Source: an uncultured Pseudomonadota bacterium (lineage in GTDB: Bacteria; Desulfobacterota; Binatia; Binatales; Binataceae). Taken from it: 64,000 nucleotides of DNA. The stretch covers positions 3,137,497 through 3,201,496 of the forward strand of contig CAVWXK010000001.1 of NCBI GenBank assembly GCA_963759165.1, in the 5' to 3' direction. Numbering within the stretch: the stretch's first letter is position 1; the number at the start of each line of letters is the position of its first letter. A program made the translations under genes and the position numbers. Below, one piece after another: positions 60,214-64,000 of the stretch. The notes beneath the pieces were generated by a model, which ran no database searches, was not told the origin of the DNA, and worked only from the letters and a program-made list of their open reading frames with translations.

Positions 60214-61507
60214 TCATGGACCAACCAACGAGGACAGCGAACGAAGATCGAGCTTTTCGTCGAGCGTCCATGCGTGCCGGTAGGCAAGATGGGCCTCGCT
60301 CAAGGCGCCCAATCGCATGTAGGCGTCGCCGAGATTGCAATACAAATCAGCGAGGACAACCGGATCGCTCAGCTGATCGATGGTGCTTTTCGTGAAATCT
60401 ACCGCTTCCTGGTAACGTCCGGTCAGAAAGTATCCCCGGGAGAGGAAAAAGGCCGCGAGCCACATCCGCGAGTCCCAGCGCAGGGCGTTTTGCCACGCCA
60501 TCACCGCGCCCCCGATTGAGCCATCCGCCAACAGATCCTGCCCATAGCTGGTCCATAGCTCGGCCTCGCGCTGCCGCATCCAAAACAACTGGTTTGAGTG
60601 GGCCGACACCAGTTCCTGGTACTCTGCGATCGCGGATGGCAAGTCATCCTGCGCCGCCAACGACTCGGCGTGATAAATCCGGCTCTCGATAGTATTCGTT
60701 CTGCCAAACGCCGAATCGATGGCGCCGATCCGTGCATAGATATCGGGGTTCAGCCTGTTCCAACCGTCGAGTCGCATCGTTTTACGATACAGCTCCTGAG
60801 CCTGCTGGTGATGGCCGCTGGATTCCGCTCGCACGGCCCGATTCAGCACCAGCTTGGCCCGCAAATGCGGCAGCAGAAGAATCGCCGTAAATCCAATCAG
60901 GACCGCTCCCGCGATCGACAGCGCCCGGGTTCGCTCACGAGAATCAAGGCCGCGAAGCCCGGCACAGAAACTCGCGACTCCCGACGTAACGGCTGCGTAC
61001 CAGCCGAAGCTCAGGAAGTACCATCCTGTCATCAGGCGCTCGGCCACGGAGTCGAACGTAAGGGTCCGCCATCGTGTGGGCTCAATCCAGACATTCACGG
61101 GCAGGTACGTGGTCGCGAAGTAGGTTCCCAGCCTGCACCTGAGCGGCCTCATCGGCCAGCCGCTTCAGCAGGGCCGGATCGGTAAAAGCGACCTGCAGCA
61201 GCGCGTTCCAGGTCAGCATCATCAGCCCACAGCCGACCAGGTATGACATGCGCGCGATGCTTCGCTCGTACGCAATCGCCCACATTACGATCAAGAGAGC
61301 GGCCAGCGCTCCGTACGAGTATAAAAACGGGTGAGGCCAAGAATAACCGAGAAGGGCAAAACGCAGACCGCGCAGTTGATTGCTTATCGGGAAGTTGATC
61401 CACTTGCCAAACAGCACCGCGATCAAAAGCGCGGCAAACAGCAACCATCTTACTAACTTCAGGCTTGCTGACTTCAAGTCGGCCTCCCTTGCGGTTGCGC
61501 CAACCAT
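60214..61507 (-). CDS. membrane-anchored TPR-repeat protein; either one gene with a frame break near 61130 or two genes
   Basis: ORF 61082-61804 (TM-rich, ..ALLKRLADEAAQVQ) and ORF 60214-61152 (GTYFATTYLPVNVWIEP.., more TM helices, then TPR-like repeats) overlap by 71 nt in different frames. The start at 61507 is uncertain. Confidence 0.45.
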
Positions 61508-62964
61508 TTCGCGAGGAAAGGTCGAACGAAGCCGAACCCTTCCCGTATCAACCCCAGGTCCGCTTCGGAAAAGGTCCCCAGTTCGAAAAGCGCGGCCACA
61601 TAAATGAAGGTTGAGGCGATAATCCCGGGCGCCAGCAAGAGCCACGAACGGTTTCTGAACAGGAACAGCGCCGCGCCCATACAAAGGCCGGCCAGCAATG
61701 GGCGCCACACGATTTTGGCGATATTCACCCCAAGCCCCCGGCACCACAGTCCGTAAATCCAAATACCAACCGTTATCGTCTCGGTGACAAGAAAAGCGAT
61801 GCACGGTCCGAAGAAACCGCAGCTCGGGATCAGGACGAAATCAAGCACGACCCGGAGTGCGAGCGACAGCGTCGAGCTTATGAACAAAAAACGCATCTCG
61901 TTCGCCGCCGTCAGCACAAACATGAAGGGGCTCGAGACGAAAAAGGGCAGGAACGCCACCCCCAGCAACTGCATGGCCGGAGCCGCGGCCTGGTAGCGGA
62001 CTCCGAGCACGGAGGTAATAAGTTTGCCCGAGGTAACCAGAAAAACCGTCGCGACCGGAACCGCCGCCAGCAGAAAGAATTTAATTCCTCGTTCGTAGGC
62101 GGCCTGGAACTCTCCGCGTGAACCAGGCGATCCGGCGAGTCGCGAATATACGGGATACAACGGTATGGCCATGGTCTGCGGGATAAAACGCAGCGCCATT
62201 GTAATTCGATAGGGACCGCTGAAGAGACCTACGGCTCGGGAATCGCTGAGCCAGCTCAGAATGATCACATCCACCTGTTGAGCAATCATACGCATGATGG
62301 TTGCACCACCGACCGGAAGCGAGGTGGTCAGCAGATATTTCCAGAGCTGAAGGTCCAGCGACAGTTTGGGGCGGACGTAACGTCGGCTCACGATCCAACG
62401 ATAGAACCACCACTGAATGAGATTCGGGATCAAATGGGCGAACACCACCCCGGTAAGCCCCATGCCCGCCCTCAAGCTAAAAAAGATCAGGGAAAGGAAT
62501 AATATCTTGTGAAGCAGAAATCCCGCCGCGTGCAGCTCGTTCTCTTCCTGAGAACGCAACACCGCGCCATAGCAGCCACAGGGAAAATTCGAGAGCGCGC
62601 TCACCCCCATAATCGCGGTCAGCAGTTTGATCCTGAAACTGAAATGGAGAAACGGGATGATCGCTCCCATCAGGATTCCCGTCCCGATCGAAAGCAGCCA
62701 CGCCAGGGCCAACGCACCGCCAAGAATCTCGGCCATCCGGGCGCGATTCACCGCAAGGTCGCGCATGAGAATGTTGCTCACGCCCGAATCGGCGACAAAC
62801 TGAAAGAACATCGCGAAAGCCAGAATGAACGAGTAGGTACCGAACTGCGCAACAGTTACATAGCGGGCGATAAGGACGATCGCGAAGGCCTGCAACAGAC
62901 CCCCGACGCCGACGGCGACGCCGCCGGCCAACAGGTTTTTGACGATTAGCTGGGACTGTTTCAC
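61474..62964 (-). CDS. Wzx-type oligosaccharide/polysaccharide flippase (MOP superfamily)
   Basis: 496 aa, about 12-14 TM helices, N-terminal KNLLAGGVAVGVGGLLQAF typical of polysaccharide biosynthesis protein families. Confidence 0.7.
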   Translation of the reverse strand: MKQSQLIVKNLLAGGVAVGVGGLLQAFAIVLIARYVTVAQFGTYSFILAFAMFFQFVADSGVSNILMRDLAVNRARMAEILGGALALAWLLSIGTGILMGAIIPFLHFSFRIKLLTAIMGVSALSNFPCGCYGAVLRSQEENELHAAGFLLHKILFLSLIFFSLRAGMGLTGVVFAHLIPNLIQWWFYRWIVSRRYVRPKLSLDLQLWKYLLTTSLPVGGATIMRMIAQQVDVIILSWLSDSRAVGLFSGPYRITMALRFIPQTMAIPLYPVYSRLAGSPGSRGEFQAAYERGIKFFLLAAVPVATVFLVTSGKLITSVLGVRYQAAAPAMQLLGVAFLPFFVSSPFMFVLTAANEMRFLFISSTLSLALRVVLDFVLIPSCGFFGPCIAFLVTETITVGIWIYGLWCRGLGVNIAKIVWRPLLAGLCMGAALFLFRNRSWLLLAPGIIASTFIYVAALFELGTFSEADLGLIREGFGFVRPFLAKWLAQPQGRPT

Positions 62965-63119
62965 TGTGCCCGATTCCAGCTTTTGTCCGCGGCGGTCCGG
63001 AGATTCGCGAACTCAATTTGCCGGGCCAAACGCCGCCGGCCCGAAGGCTCGCTGCGAGCCGCCCGTGCCACGGCGGCGAACATAAGCGATGCCATCGGGA
63101 ACGGCACGAGGAGTTTCAT
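62961..63119 (-). CDS. 52-aa micro-ORF translationally coupled on both sides
   Basis: Its ATG overlaps the MFP stop (cAATGAaa) and its TGA overlaps the Wzx GTG (caGTGAaa). Peptide MKLLVPFPMASLMFAAVARAARSEPSGRRRLARQIEFANLRTAADKSWNRAQ has a signal/TM-like head. Too short for the ORF track. Confidence 0.35.
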   Translation of the reverse strand: MKLLVPFPMASLMFAAVARAARSEPSGRRRLARQIEFANLRTAADKSWNRAQ

Positions 63120-64000
63120 TGAGAAGCTCCAACCGTCAGGTTCCAGGGGCCAAACCGGTTGACGCTGACCAGGTCTTTATCCCGCAGCTCCAGCTGTCCC
63201 ACCGTCACGACCCGCTCTCCCTCCCGCAACCCGTCGAGCACTTCCGTCATGCCGCCGACAATCGGTCCGCGTCGAACCTCGCGCAGGTGCGCCCTGAGAC
63301 CACCGTCCACCACGAAAGCGGTCGCGCGGTCACCGACAGGATTCATCAGTGCGGTGTTAGGGACCACCAGAGCCAAGCGCGAGTTCTCCAGGCGCGCATA
63401 ACCGGTGACGCCTGGTTTTAAGCGCAAGTCCTGGTTCTGCAGCTCTATATAAACGTCGAATGTGCGCGTGGCAGCGCTGACACTAGCCCCAATCTTAACC
63501 ACCCGACCGATGAAAGTTTCTCCCGGAAACCCATCCGTGCCAACTTTTGCGGTCATGCCGAGATGGACGGAGCCGATCTGGTCTTCAGCGATCGCCGCCA
63601 CCATCATGACCGGCCGAATTACACCCAGTTGAATCATGCTCTCATCGAGCCGGGCGAACTCGCCGGGATTGACGGTCCGACTGAGCACGACCGCGAGCGC
63701 CGGGCTGCGCACAACGGTATTGGCGAGATCGATCTCCGCCGCGACCATGCTTTGCCAGGCGTCAGCTTTCGCGGATCGCGCCAGCTCGACCTCCAGGGGC
63801 GACGCGAAATCGTCGTTCAGCAGCCTTTCCATTCGCGCCAGCTGTTTGAAGGCGTGGTCGTAGGCCTCTTTGGCGCTGTTGAGACTGGCCGCGTAGACGC
63901 TATCGTCCAACTGCACCAGTATTCCGCCCGGCTTGACGACGGTTCCCAGATCAACCGGAACCTTCAGCACGCGGCTGGTCACCCTGGCGGTCATCGTTAT
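63116..64000 (-). CDS. HlyD/RND-type membrane fusion (periplasmic adaptor) protein, 5' end outside the window
   Basis: Lipoyl/barrel-sandwich hairpin pattern VKPGGILVQLDD..A....A...L..T.V.SP, and beta-barrel segment PGETFIGRVVKIGASV..TRTFDVYIEL. Confidence 0.7.
   Translation of the reverse strand: MTMTARVTSRVLKVPVDLGTVVKPGGILVQLDDSVYAASLNSAKEAYDHAFKQLARMERLLNDDFASPLEVELARSAKADAWQSMVAAEIDLANTVVRSPALAVVLSRTVNPGEFARLDESMIQLGVIRPVMMVAAIAEDQIGSVHLGMTAKVGTDGFPGETFIGRVVKIGASVSAATRTFDVYIELQNQDLRLKPGVTGYARLENSRLALVVPNTALMNPVGDRATAFVVDGGLRAHLREVRRGPIVGGMTEVLDGLREGERVVTVGQLELRDKDLVSVNRFGPWNLTVGASQ

Overview
GC-rich bacterial chromosomal segment (about two-thirds G+C by eye, not computed), densely coding on both strands. 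Blocks in order: (1) a sensor kinase divergent from a hypA-hypF-hypC-hypD-hypE [NiFe]-hydrogenase maturation operon, with no hypB in the window. (2) A minus-strand cytosolic group-3b-type [NiFe]-hydrogenase operon: 4Fe-4S beta, a cNMP-binding protein, FAD/NAD(P) gamma, small subunit, large subunit, endopeptidase. (3) A sigma-54 activator, a Pat-like GNAT/NDP-forming acyl-CoA synthetase, a CheY-like regulator, a quinone oxidoreductase and a decayed MBL-fold gene. (4) A prkA-yeaH-spoVR module interrupted by a repeat-flanked DUF559 cassette. (5) A sigma-54 promoter in front of a DUF362 gene, then a Zn-ribbon protein and a class III nucleotide cyclase. (6) tRNA-Gly(CCC) followed by a ~1 kb AT-richer two-gene islet bounded by a 37-nt direct repeat of the tRNA 3' half, with no integrase. 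This is my best candidate for something new. (7) Housekeeping genes: M50 protease, dCMP deaminase, pepA, pepP, an ECF transporter, ispF, moeA, mltD-like. (8) An NtrB/NtrC-like pair running into thiE. (9) A class III-like PHA synthase cluster. (10) A lower-GC envelope-glycan cluster: sulfotransferase, a ~1155-aa GT-C fusion protein, a TPR membrane protein, Wzx, a coupled micro-ORF and a membrane-fusion protein. Two themes cut across the window. At least 15 places need a reading-frame change to keep a recognisable protein intact, which means either indel-rich assembly or gene decay. Two dispersed repeat families sit at gene ends. I saw no rRNA, CRISPR array, transposase or integrase. All product calls rest on motifs read from the translations. 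No database search was possible.
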